Shown here one piece after another: positions 19,333 through 28,683 of a stretch of DNA of 64,000 nt; the first letter of the stretch is position 1, and each line of letters starts with the position of its first letter. The notes under the pieces were generated by a model. The model made no database searches and was not told where the DNA came from. It saw only the letters and a list, made by a program, of their open reading frames with translations. Made by a program: the position numbers and the translations under genes. This stretch comes from Nitrospirota bacterium (GTDB lineage: Bacteria > Nitrospirota > JACRHJ01): assembly GCA_963845245.1 (NCBI GenBank), contig CAWJRJ010000016.1, forward strand, positions 128,001 through 192,000, in the 5' to 3' direction.

Positions 19333-20240
19333 ACAGAAGGGAATTCATAAAGTCCGCCGCGGTCGTAGGCGTCGGCGCCGCAGTAGTTCCGGGGGCATTG
19401 CTCGGTAAGGCCTGGGCCGCGTCCGATGGGCCTGTCGTTGTCATTGCCAAAGGGAGCTCTCCCAGAAAGCTCGCGCGTGAGTCGGTCAAGGCACTGGGCG
19501 GGATGTCCGCCTTCGTCAAGAAAGGCGATGTTGTCGTAGTGAAGCCGAACATCGGCTGGGACCGCACGCCCGAGCAGGCCGCAAACACCAACCCGGAGCT
19601 GGTTGCCGAGGTCGTGCTTATGTGCCTTGAGGCCGGAGCGGCTAAGGTGCGCGTATTCGACCGCACCTGCAACGACGCACGCCGGTGCTATACAAGCAGC
19701 GGTATCGCGCCCGCGCTCGAGGCCATAAAAGACAGCCGCCTTGAGGTAACGCATATAGACGAACGCAAATTCAGGCGCGTCGATATCCAGGGCGGCAAGT
19801 TCCTGAAAGGCTGGGACGTCTACGAGGACGTCCTGTCCGCGGACAAGTTCATCAACCTCCCGGTGGCGAAGCACCACAGCGCGGCTGTCCTCACAATGGG
19901 CATGAAAAACGTGATGGGCGTGATTGGCAGCAACAGGGCGGTGCTGCACAAGAACATCCACGAGGCGCTGCCGGATCTGAACCGCGCGGTAAAGTCCCAC
20001 CTCGTCATAGTCGATGCGACCCGGGTGCTCATTGCAAACGGCCCGCAGGGCGGCAGGCTCGAGGACGTGAAGGTCATGAACACGGTGGTCGCGGGCAGGG
20101 ACATCGTCGCGGTGGACACGGTCGCCGCTACGCTTTTCGGGAAGACGCCCAAAGAGGTACGCTACCTCCAGTTCGCGCATGACTCAGGCCTCGGCGTCGC
20201 TGATATAAACGGCATAAAGCTGAAGAAGGTCTCGGCATAG
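19329..20240 (+). CDS. Tat-signal DUF362 family protein (second copy)
   Basis: MNRREFIK Tat motif; KPNIGWDRTPEQAANTNP, NLPVAKHH, GMKNVMG. Confidence 0.9.
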   Translation: MNRREFIKSAAVVGVGAAVVPGALLGKAWAASDGPVVVIAKGSSPRKLARESVKALGGMSAFVKKGDVVVVKPNIGWDRTPEQAANTNPELVAEVVLMCLEAGAAKVRVFDRTCNDARRCYTSSGIAPALEAIKDSRLEVTHIDERKFRRVDIQGGKFLKGWDVYEDVLSADKFINLPVAKHHSAAVLTMGMKNVMGVIGSNRAVLHKNIHEALPDLNRAVKSHLVIVDATRVLIANGPQGGRLEDVKVMNTVVAGRDIVAVDTVAATLFGKTPKEVRYLQFAHDSGLGVADINGIKLKKVSA

Positions 20241-20253
20241 GCAGGCTGTATTA

Positions 20254-21792
20254 ATGCGGATTTTAAGAAGGCTCTCCCAGTTCCTGGTGTTCCTGGTGTT
20301 TGTGTTCCTGTTCCTGAACACCGAGTACAAGGACAACGACATACTGCCCTACGCCGTGAACGTGTTCCTCAGGCTCGACCCCCTCGTCGCCGCGGCGGCG
20401 GTGTTCTCCGGGCGTGTGCTCATATCCCTGGTCTGGCCCGCCCTTATCACCGTTGCCCTAACATTATTGATAGGCCGCTTTTTCTGCGGCTGGGTCTGCC
20501 CCCTGGGCGCTGTGCTCGACTTCACCGACGCCACCGTCTTCAGGAAGCTCAGGAGGAAGAATAAAGTCCCCCAGTCGTGGAGCAAGTTCAAATACCTTAT
20601 CCTTCTGTTCCTTCTCGCGTCCTCGCTGTTCACGCTCCAGCTGGTGTTCCTGTTCGACCCGATAAGCCTTCTTATCCGGTCGTTCACAGCCACGGTCTTC
20701 CCGGCGGCGAACTACGCGATAAATACCACGTTCGATGCGCTGTACAAGGCAGGCCCGGTATCCAAGGTCTCAGAGCCCGTCTACAGTTTCCTTAAGGACC
20801 ACTTCCTCGCCTTCGAGCAGCCGCATTACAGGATGGCTGGGCTCATCGGCCTTGTATTTATAACCATCCTTGGCCTGGAGTACTACCAGAAACGGTTCTG
20901 GTGCAGGAACCTCTGTCCGCTTGGCGCGATATTCGGGTTGCTTGGCAGGTTCGGCATCGTAAAAAGAAGGGTATCCGAGCCGGACTGCATAGACTGCGGG
21001 CTTTGCAGAAGGACCTGCCGCATGGGTGCCGTGGAGGAAGAGTTCATAACCACGTCACGTCAGGAATGCATCGGGTGCATGGACTGCCGCGCGGTCTGCC
21101 CCGAGAAGGCGATAAGCTTCACGGGCGACGTACAGGCAGAGGATACGACGCTCGACCTCTCCAGAAGGGGTGTCATCTATTCGCTCGCATTAGGCGCGGC
21201 GGCAGTGCCGGTCCTGGGGTCCGAGGCTTACAGGAAGGCCCCGGCCCCGTCCGCCATAAGGCCGCCCGGCGCATTGCCGGAGGACGATTTCCTCGCCCGC
21301 TGTACGCGCTGCGGCGAGTGCATGAGGGTCTGCATCGCCAACGGCCTCCAGCCCTCGCTCTTCGAGGCCGGCCTTGCCGGGCTCTGGAGCCCGGTGCTTG
21401 TGCCGCGCATAGGATACTGCGAATACAACTGTACGCTCTGCGGTCAGGTCTGTCCGACCGGCGCCATAAAGAGGCTCCCGGTCGAGGAGAAGCACAAGGT
21501 GAAACTCGGACTTGCCGAGGTGGACCGGAGCCACTGCCTGCCCTGGAAGGGCGATTCCGACTGCATCGTGTGCGAGGAGCACTGTCCAACGCCGAAGAAG
21601 GCGATAAGGCTTCAGGATGAGAAGGTACTCACCATGTCCGGCGAGGTCAAGACGTTCAAGAGACCGTTTGTCGACGAGAGCCTCTGCGTGGGTTGCGGCA
21701 TATGCGAGACGAAATGCCCGCTTACAGACCGCGCCGCGATAAGGGTCACATCTCGCGGGGAGTCGCGCGCTAACAAGCAGGAATTTCTATAA
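20254..21792 (+). CDS. Membrane polyferredoxin, NapH/MauN-like domain fused to NapG/MauM-like domain
   Basis: GRFFCGWVCPLG, RFWCRNLCPLG, IRPPGA..FLARCTRCGEC and several CxxCxxCxxxCP motifs. Confidence 0.9.
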   Translation: MRILRRLSQFLVFLVFVFLFLNTEYKDNDILPYAVNVFLRLDPLVAAAAVFSGRVLISLVWPALITVALTLLIGRFFCGWVCPLGAVLDFTDATVFRKLRRKNKVPQSWSKFKYLILLFLLASSLFTLQLVFLFDPISLLIRSFTATVFPAANYAINTTFDALYKAGPVSKVSEPVYSFLKDHFLAFEQPHYRMAGLIGLVFITILGLEYYQKRFWCRNLCPLGAIFGLLGRFGIVKRRVSEPDCIDCGLCRRTCRMGAVEEEFITTSRQECIGCMDCRAVCPEKAISFTGDVQAEDTTLDLSRRGVIYSLALGAAAVPVLGSEAYRKAPAPSAIRPPGALPEDDFLARCTRCGECMRVCIANGLQPSLFEAGLAGLWSPVLVPRIGYCEYNCTLCGQVCPTGAIKRLPVEEKHKVKLGLAEVDRSHCLPWKGDSDCIVCEEHCPTPKKAIRLQDEKVLTMSGEVKTFKRPFVDESLCVGCGICETKCPLTDRAAIRVTSRGESRANKQEFL

Positions 21793-21853
21793 ATTCTTGA
21801 AATAAATGTGCTTTTGTGCTAATTTTAAACATCTGTTTTGTGGAGGGACGAGT

Positions 21854-22776
21854 ATGCTGAGGGTCGCGAGTCTGGTTGTGGTTGCGGTTTACCTTGCACT
21901 TTTTATCGGATGCGCATCGGTCAAAAATTCCGCTGATATCCCGAAGTATGAAGAGCTTTCCGCCGGGGGTGACCAGTCCGCAACCAGGGCGTTGATAGAC
22001 GCGCTCCACTCGCGTGACAGGGCTGAAAGGGACGCAGCCTACAAGGCCCTGATTGACGCAGGCAGCCCTGCGGTGCCGGAGCTTCTGAAGAGCCTGAAGG
22101 ACGACGACCCGGATATCAGGGAATACGCGGCGGCGGCGCTTGGAGATATAGGCGATAAAAGGGCGGTAAGCCCGCTTCTCGAAATGTTAAAGACCGAGCC
22201 CAAGAGACGTTACATCGCCGCATGGGCGCTTGGCAAGCTGAAGGCGGAGGTCTGCGATCGACCCTCTTATATCGGCGCTTGCCGAGAAGAACGACGCGCT
22301 CCAGAAGGAGTCCACCCGTGCGTTGATCGCAATCGGCGCGCCTGCGGTGCCGGCGCTGATAAGGGCGATGGACAGCCCCGACAGCGACGTCAGGGCTTTC
22401 TCGGCCAGGGCGCTTGGCATTATAGAAGACAAGAGGGGTGAAGACCCGCTGATAAGGCACATAAACGACGAGAACGACGACGTTGCCGCCGCCGCCGCGC
22501 TTGCGCTGGGTACGGCAGGCACCCAGAAATCGGTCGCCCCTCTTGTAGCCGCGCTTAGGCTCAAAGCACATGATGACGAGGGTGAACGCCGCCATATCGC
22601 TTGGCACCTTGAACGCGAAGGACGCGGTCGCGCCGCTCACGGAAATAATGGATAAAGACGAAGACCCCTATGTCAGGGAGTGGTGCGCAAGGGCGCTGGA
22701 GAATATCACGGACAACAGGTACAAATATAAAGACGAGCACGGCATGATGGTATTTCCGTACAACCTGTACCGGTAG
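21854..22776 (+). CDS. HEAT-repeat (PBS-lyase-like) lipoprotein, frameshifted
   Basis: Lipobox FIGC; repeats R..AA.ALG.IG..AVP.L; fragments join at about 22250 and 22565. Confidence 0.8.
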
Positions 22777-22800
22777 CCTGGCCGACAAAGTCTTATTGCC

Positions 22801-22836
22801 GAGGCAGGTGGCCCGTTCCATCTGCCTCTTGTTTAT
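22801..22836 (+). terminator. Possible intrinsic terminator
   Basis: GAGGCAGGTGG/CCATCTGCCTC stem followed by a T-rich tract. Confidence 0.5.
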
Positions 22837-22858
22837 TGTTTTAAGCTTCAGGGGTGCG

Positions 22859-23629
22859 ATGTTTCAGGCCAGGCTCTTATTAATCGCTGTCGTATTTTTC
22901 ATGCTTACCGGTTGCGCCGGGCAGGGGGGCCCGCCTGTTGCAGGCGTATCTTCCGGCGGTGTTGAAGGCGTCCTCACCGGCCCGGATGAAAAACCGTTAT
23001 CAGGCGCCGAGGTCTATTTCTATACCGACCCGTCAAAGAGGTTCCGCGGTCCTGCGGATTTCATGGCGGAGCCGACGGGTGAGGACGGGAAATACATAAC
23101 CGAGCTCCCCGCGGGTAAATACTATGCGGTCGCCAGGAAGAGGACATCCGGCAGCATATCGGGGAACCTGCAGAAGGGCGATTACTATACGCCCGAGGCG
23201 TACGGGCCTATAGATGTCGGCGGTTCGGGATACGTCAAAGTGGACCTGAAGCTTGAGGAGCTTACCGGCAACATGCTGTTCAGCGTCTTCTCCGGGCGCG
23301 GCGGGGGCCAGGGCATCAAGGGCATTATAAAGTCAAGGGACGGGAAGCCCTACGCCAAGGCGTACGCGTTTGCCTACAAAGACCCAAGGATGACCGGGCG
23401 GCCCGATTACGTATCGGAATGGACGCGCGAGGACGGCGTATTCGTAATATATGTCCTTGAACCCGGTAGATATTACGTGGGCGCCAGGACCGGATTCATG
23501 GGCGTCCCCAAACCGGACGAGCCGTACGGAAGATACGACGGCAGCGGCGACCACTCCGTAGACGTGAACGAAGGTGCGACGGTCGAAGGGATAGACATCA
23601 CCCTTAAAAGGTTTTCAGGCTCAAGGTAG
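22859..23629 (+). CDS. Lipoprotein with carboxypeptidase-regulatory-like domains (paralog 5)
   Basis: Lipobox LTGC; YYAVARKR, MTGRPDYVS, GRYDGSGDHSV. Confidence 0.8.
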   Translation: MFQARLLLIAVVFFMLTGCAGQGGPPVAGVSSGGVEGVLTGPDEKPLSGAEVYFYTDPSKRFRGPADFMAEPTGEDGKYITELPAGKYYAVARKRTSGSISGNLQKGDYYTPEAYGPIDVGGSGYVKVDLKLEELTGNMLFSVFSGRGGGQGIKGIIKSRDGKPYAKAYAFAYKDPRMTGRPDYVSEWTREDGVFVIYVLEPGRYYVGARTGFMGVPKPDEPYGRYDGSGDHSVDVNEGATVEGIDITLKRFSGSR

Positions 23630-23634
23630 CTATA

Positions 23635-24936
23635 ATGCCAAGACCCCTCCCGGAAAAGATCACGTCCTTTTTCTCCTCCATGAGGCTCGCGGTTTTTCTT
23701 CTTATTATCCTTGCCGCGGTCTCGGTGATAGGGACCTTCATACCCCAGGCGCAGGACCCGCAGATATACATCCAGAGGTATGGAGAAGACACCTACACGA
23801 AGTTCAGGCTGCTGGGTTTCATAGACCTCTATCACTCATGGGGGTTCAGGGCTATTGTACTCATGCTGGGCCTGAACCTTCTCGTCTGCAGCATTAAGCG
23901 CCTCAAGAACATAATCAGGCGCACGTTCAGGCCGGATGTCGAAAAGAGCCCGGAGTTCATAAGGGGACTGAAGATCCATAACGACCTCCCGGCGCCGGAC
24001 AAGGTCCATGTGCTTGAGAGGGCGCTCACCGACAAAAAATACCGGATTATAAAAAGCGGGAACAACATCTATGCCGCGAAGGGAATACTCGGGCCCTGGG
24101 GCGACATGATAACGCATTTAAGTATCCTCACGGTTCTTGCCGGTGCGCTCATCGGGAGCCTCGGCTTTGTCGGCACGATAAATATCTACGAGGGCGACTG
24201 GTCCGACCAGTATTACAACTGGAACCGCGGGCGTGACGAGTCCTTGGGTTTCAGGCTTAACGTGGACAACCTCTCAGTAATGCATTACCCTGTCTCGTTC
24301 AAGCTTCGGGTACGTGAAAGGGCTACTGGCGTCAAGGTCGGCATATATAAGGCGGTGGAAGGCAGCTCGCTCCGGTTGCCTGATAAGAGGTACAAGATAA
24401 TCCCGGAAAAAGCAGACCTCGAAAGACATGAAGCGGTCCTGGATATCTATTCAGACGACAGGGTCATCGGCACCTACGATACCGGGTTGCCGGAAGGTGG
24501 GCCTCTGGCCCCGCCGCTTTTCACCTACAGCTTCGAAGTACAGTCCATGGGGGAACCGGTCACAAAGAGCATCGCGAGCAGGGTGAGGCTGACGAGGGAT
24601 GGCCAGACCCTGAAAGACGCAGTCGTCGAGGTGAACAACCCGCTCAAGTTCGAAGGACTGGTCATCTACCAGACCGCCTACGGCAAGGACCCGCAGGGCA
24701 GGAACTATTCGGGGTTTCAGATTGTAAGGGACCCGGGCGTACCTGTTGTATGGGCGGGTTTTATAATGCTCATGGCCGGCCTTTTCCTGTCTTTTTATTT
24801 CTTCCACAGACAGGTATGGATATGCATCGAGGACGGCAGTGTAATAATCGGAGGGACGACAAACAAAGACCCGGCGGGTTTCATGCGTGAATACGGCGGG
24901 ATTATAAAGGCCTTTATGCAGGAAGTGGAGCCTTAG
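23635..24936 (+). CDS. resB: Cytochrome c biogenesis ResB/CcsB-like protein
   Basis: SSMRLAVFLL..SVIGTFIPQ, DLYHSWGF, ITHLSI, VNNPL.F.G..IYQ, DPGVPVVW.G. Confidence 0.85.
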   Translation: MPRPLPEKITSFFSSMRLAVFLLIILAAVSVIGTFIPQAQDPQIYIQRYGEDTYTKFRLLGFIDLYHSWGFRAIVLMLGLNLLVCSIKRLKNIIRRTFRPDVEKSPEFIRGLKIHNDLPAPDKVHVLERALTDKKYRIIKSGNNIYAAKGILGPWGDMITHLSILTVLAGALIGSLGFVGTINIYEGDWSDQYYNWNRGRDESLGFRLNVDNLSVMHYPVSFKLRVRERATGVKVGIYKAVEGSSLRLPDKRYKIIPEKADLERHEAVLDIYSDDRVIGTYDTGLPEGGPLAPPLFTYSFEVQSMGEPVTKSIASRVRLTRDGQTLKDAVVEVNNPLKFEGLVIYQTAYGKDPQGRNYSGFQIVRDPGVPVVWAGFIMLMAGLFLSFYFFHRQVWICIEDGSVIIGGTTNKDPAGFMREYGGIIKAFMQEVEP

Positions 24937-26466
24937 ATGAAGGTCGGTCTCAGGGCGAAGGTAATAATCTTTGTCAGCCTCCTCGTGATAGCGGTCATAT
25001 CGATAAACGCCGCAATCACTATCCGTACCGAGAGGAAGGAGCGCGAACGGCAGCTCTTTGAGCAGGGCCGCCTTTTTGCAAGGTTGACGGCGACTGACGT
25101 CGCGCGTTCGTACGGCTCTCTCTCGTGGGGAGGCGCCGGCAGCCTTGGCACGCCGGATATGCAGGTAGCCAAGTTCTTCAGCTATTACCCCGACCTGTCG
25201 CGTTTGTCTATTATAAGTCAGAGCGGGCTGGTGCTTTACGATTCCGGCTCCGGCAGGCCAGGGCCCGGCCAGGAGCGGTTGACCGACCCCGACCTGATAA
25301 AGAGGCTGAATTCTCCAGAGATGGATGTGCGGCAGTTTACCGGGCCGGACGGCCAGAGTTACATGGATATCCTCGCCCCGGTAACCGAGACGGGCGGGCC
25401 GCAGTTCCTGAAGGTGCGTTATATTATATCATTCCGTTCTCTTGAGGAGCGGCTTTCCGCAATCAGGGAGGAGTTCCTTCTGCTGGCTGGGTTCTTCATC
25501 GCGGTCGGCATAATCGGTGCGACCCTGTTCTCGACCAGGCTTACCATGCCCATCCTCAAGCTCAAAGACGGAGCGGGCGAGATTGCAAAGGGAAACCTTG
25601 AGCACCTCGTGGAGGTTTCGGCAAAGGACGAGATTGGCGAACTTGGACGCTCGTTCAACCGGATGGCGCTTTCGCTTAAGGAGCACAGGAAGGAGCTCGA
25701 GGAGGCTAACCTCAGCCTGAAGAGCAGGAACGACGAACTGAAGGAACTCCACAAGGAGCTTATCCGCTCGGAGAGGATGGCCGCCGTCGGCGAGCTTGCG
25801 GCTGGTCTTTCGCATGAGATAGACAACCCCATCGGCGTTATACTGGGCTTTGCGGAACTGCTGCTGGAAGACATGCCCGCAGACGACCCCAGGCGCGAGG
25901 ACCTTGTCACCATCCTCGAGGAGAGCAAACGCTGCAAACGGATAGTGAGGGGGTTATTGGACTTTTCAAGGCCGCCCGTGTTAGGGGTGGTTCCCACCCA
26001 GGTCAACGAGGTGATAAGGCGGACGGTGCATGCCGCCCGGTCACAGCGCATATTCAAGGCGGTCGAAGTCGCGCTCGACCTCTCTCCCGAAATCCCGGAG
26101 ATAGCCGCCGACCCCGACCGTCTCAGACAGGTGTTCATGAACCTGCTGTTAAACGCGGTTCAGGCCATGCCGGAGGGCGGCAAGATTGTGGTCTCGACCG
26201 GTTACGATAAAGATGGGGGGCTGATAAAGGCGTCATTTGCGGACACCGGCACCGGCATACCGCAGGAAGACCAGGAAAAGGTTTTCGAGCCGTTCTTCAC
26301 CACCAAGAGGCCCGGCGAGGGTACCGGCCTGGGGCTTGCCATATGCGCAAGGCTGCTTGAGGAGCACGGCGGGACGGTCGAGGTGCAGAGCGAGCCGGGA
26401 AAAGGTTCGGTCTTCACCGTCACACTGCCCGTCGCAGGCCCGGCTATAAATCCCGAAAAAGCTTGA
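24937..26466 (+). CDS. Sensor histidine kinase (HAMP, NtrB-type)
   Basis: Two TM helices, HAMP DEIGELGRSFN, H-box HEIDNP, NLLLNA, FEPFFTTK, GTGLGL. Confidence 0.95.
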   Translation: MKVGLRAKVIIFVSLLVIAVISINAAITIRTERKERERQLFEQGRLFARLTATDVARSYGSLSWGGAGSLGTPDMQVAKFFSYYPDLSRLSIISQSGLVLYDSGSGRPGPGQERLTDPDLIKRLNSPEMDVRQFTGPDGQSYMDILAPVTETGGPQFLKVRYIISFRSLEERLSAIREEFLLLAGFFIAVGIIGATLFSTRLTMPILKLKDGAGEIAKGNLEHLVEVSAKDEIGELGRSFNRMALSLKEHRKELEEANLSLKSRNDELKELHKELIRSERMAAVGELAAGLSHEIDNPIGVILGFAELLLEDMPADDPRREDLVTILEESKRCKRIVRGLLDFSRPPVLGVVPTQVNEVIRRTVHAARSQRIFKAVEVALDLSPEIPEIAADPDRLRQVFMNLLLNAVQAMPEGGKIVVSTGYDKDGGLIKASFADTGTGIPQEDQEKVFEPFFTTKRPGEGTGLGLAICARLLEEHGGTVEVQSEPGKGSVFTVTLPVAGPAINPEKA

Positions 26467-26534
26467 AGCGACAAGCGTAATTGTAATATAATTACTTTTC
26501 GGCCCCTATAACTTAAAACCAGGAACTTTTACTA

Positions 26535-27920
26535 ATGCCCGGAGAAAAGATACTTGTTGTAGACGACGAACCGGGGATGAGGAGCCTGCTTTCCAAGGTG
26601 CTCACGAAGGGCGGCTATTTCGTCAGCGCGTTCGAGAGGGGCCAGGATGCGCTCGACTCCATGTCCGGGGAGGACTACGACCTGGCGGTGCTCGACATCG
26701 AGATGCCCGGCATGAGCGGCATCGAGCTTTTAAAGAAGATAAAGGCGAAGGACGCCGGGCTTAACGTGGTGATGATAACCGCCTACGGCTCGCTCCAGTC
26801 CGCAGTCGAGGCTATGCGACAGGGCGCGTACGACTACCTGACCAAGCCCTTCCAGATGGAGGAGATCAAGCTGGTGGTCGAGAAGGCTCTGGAGCGGGAA
26901 CGCCTGATAAACGAGAACCGCGAACTCCACCGCGAATTAGAGGAGCAGTACCGCTTCACCGGCATAATAGGCAAGAGCCGGGGCATGGAGGAGGTCTACG
27001 AGCTGGTAAGCAGCGTAGCCTCAACCAACGCCAGCGTGCTTATACAGGGCGAGAGCGGCACAGGCAAGGAACTCATCGCGCGCTCCATACATTACAACAG
27101 CAGGCGCAAGGGAAGCCCGCTAGTTATATTAAACTGCGCGGCTCTTGCCGAAGGCGTGCTCGAGTCCGAGCTGTTCGGCCATGAGAAGGGCTCGTTCACC
27201 GGCGCAATAAAACGCAAGGCCGGAAGGTTCGAGCTTGCCCACGGCGGGACGCTCTTCCTTGACGAGATAGGCGAGATACCTGTCACGACCCAGTTGAAGC
27301 TCTTGCGGGTGCTCCAGGAGCACACGTTCGAGCGCGTGGGCGGCGAGAAGACCATACAGGTGGACGTGCGCATAATCGCCGCCACCAACAAAGACCTCAT
27401 GACGGCGGTCAAGGAAGGCCGTTTCAGGGAGGACCTCTACTACAGGCTGAACGTGGTGTCCATTACCATCCCGCCGCTTCGGGAAAGGCGGGAGGATATC
27501 CCTGAACTCGCCGCGCATTTTCTGGCCAAGTTCACCGCCGAGACCGGGAAACACATCGAGGCGATAGACCCGGTTGCCATGGACATGCTGGTCCACTACG
27601 ACTGGCCGGGGAACGTCCGCGAGCTTGAGAACATAATAGAACGCGCGGTCGTGCTTGAAAAAGGGGGTTCCATATCCCCTTCAAGCCTGCCTCTTACGTT
27701 GCGTTTCGACAAAGGCGAATCCGGTGGTTACCAGGCCCCGGCCGAAAAGGGAAGCCTGACCGACGTGGTCGAGGGCCTCGAAAGACAACTTATTGTCAAG
27801 GCGCTTAAGGACTGTGGCGGCTCTCAGACCGCCGCTGCCGCATCACTTGGGCTTAAAAGGAGCACGTTCCGCTATAAACTCGAAAAATATGGGCTGGTTT
27901 CGTCTGATTTGACGGATTAG
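26535..27920 (+). CDS. sigma54-dependent response regulator (NtrC family)
   Basis: Receiver domain, GESGTGKE, GSFTGA, WPGNVREL, C-terminal HTH. Confidence 0.95.
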   Translation: MPGEKILVVDDEPGMRSLLSKVLTKGGYFVSAFERGQDALDSMSGEDYDLAVLDIEMPGMSGIELLKKIKAKDAGLNVVMITAYGSLQSAVEAMRQGAYDYLTKPFQMEEIKLVVEKALERERLINENRELHRELEEQYRFTGIIGKSRGMEEVYELVSSVASTNASVLIQGESGTGKELIARSIHYNSRRKGSPLVILNCAALAEGVLESELFGHEKGSFTGAIKRKAGRFELAHGGTLFLDEIGEIPVTTQLKLLRVLQEHTFERVGGEKTIQVDVRIIAATNKDLMTAVKEGRFREDLYYRLNVVSITIPPLRERREDIPELAAHFLAKFTAETGKHIEAIDPVAMDMLVHYDWPGNVRELENIIERAVVLEKGGSISPSSLPLTLRFDKGESGGYQAPAEKGSLTDVVEGLERQLIVKALKDCGGSQTAAAASLGLKRSTFRYKLEKYGLVSSDLTD

Positions 27921-27960
27921 TTATAAGTTGTATGCACAATGAGGGGCTCTAGTGGACGGT

Positions 27961-27975
27961 TGGAACGAAAATTGC
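27961..27975 (+). promoter_or_regulatory. Putative sigma54 promoter for the distal operon
   Basis: TGGAACGAAAATTGC, close to TGGCAC-N5-TTGC. Confidence 0.55.
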
Positions 27976-27990
27976 ACTTATAACGGCCTG

Positions 27991-28683
27991 ATGGATTTCG
28001 TTATAAAGAGCTTCAAGTATTTTCTCGCCGGACTCTGCCTGGCGCTCGTATTCTCCATGAAGGTGTTCGGCGCAGAAGCTCCGGTGTCAGCACCGGCGTC
28101 GATGCCGTTGCAGGTGGAGGGCGCAGTCACGCACGACACCACTTGGCTGGGGCGGGTGGTGGTGGCCGGTGACGTGCTTGTCCCCGAGGGTATCACCCTT
28201 ACGATAGCTCCCGGCACTGATGTCATGTTCATGTCCAGCGAAAGCTCGAAGATCGAGCCTGCATTCCTCTCCATGCAGACCGAGATAATGGTGCGTGGGA
28301 GGCTGGTCGCGGAAGGCGAAAAGGGTAAAGAGATAACCTTCGGCCCGGCGCCGGAAGATATCAACGGCAAAAAGCCTGAGCGCGGCGACTGGGGCGGCAT
28401 CATATTCGACGGCCCTGAGTCCGGGAAGAGCAGAGTCGCAAACGCCATGTTCACCAAGGCCGATACGGCGCTCACGTTTTACGGTTCATCTCCTGATATC
28501 GCAGCCTGCACAGTCACAGACTGCAGGTACGGCATCGTCTGCATGGGTGCGGCAGCTCCGAAGTTCGAGGCATGCAGTATAACCGGGAACGAGATCGGCG
28601 TGGTGTCCGGGGCCGGCGGCAGCCCTTCTTTTGAAAAATGTAGTATATCCAAAAACGAGCACGACTTTCTTAACAGGGACTAA
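27991..28683 (+). CDS. Short secreted beta-helix protein
   Basis: Signal peptide; DTTWLG, TLTIAPGT, GDWGGI; start uncertain. Confidence 0.75.
   Translation: MDFVIKSFKYFLAGLCLALVFSMKVFGAEAPVSAPASMPLQVEGAVTHDTTWLGRVVVAGDVLVPEGITLTIAPGTDVMFMSSESSKIEPAFLSMQTEIMVRGRLVAEGEKGKEITFGPAPEDINGKKPERGDWGGIIFDGPESGKSRVANAMFTKADTALTFYGSSPDIAACTVTDCRYGIVCMGAAAPKFEACSITGNEIGVVSGAGGSPSFEKCSISKNEHDFLNRD

Noticed and set aside
19062..20180. Long antisense ORFs here and opposite clpB, dnaJ and the FG-GAP gene
   Set aside because: Expected shadows of GC-rich coding sequence; no motifs or RBS
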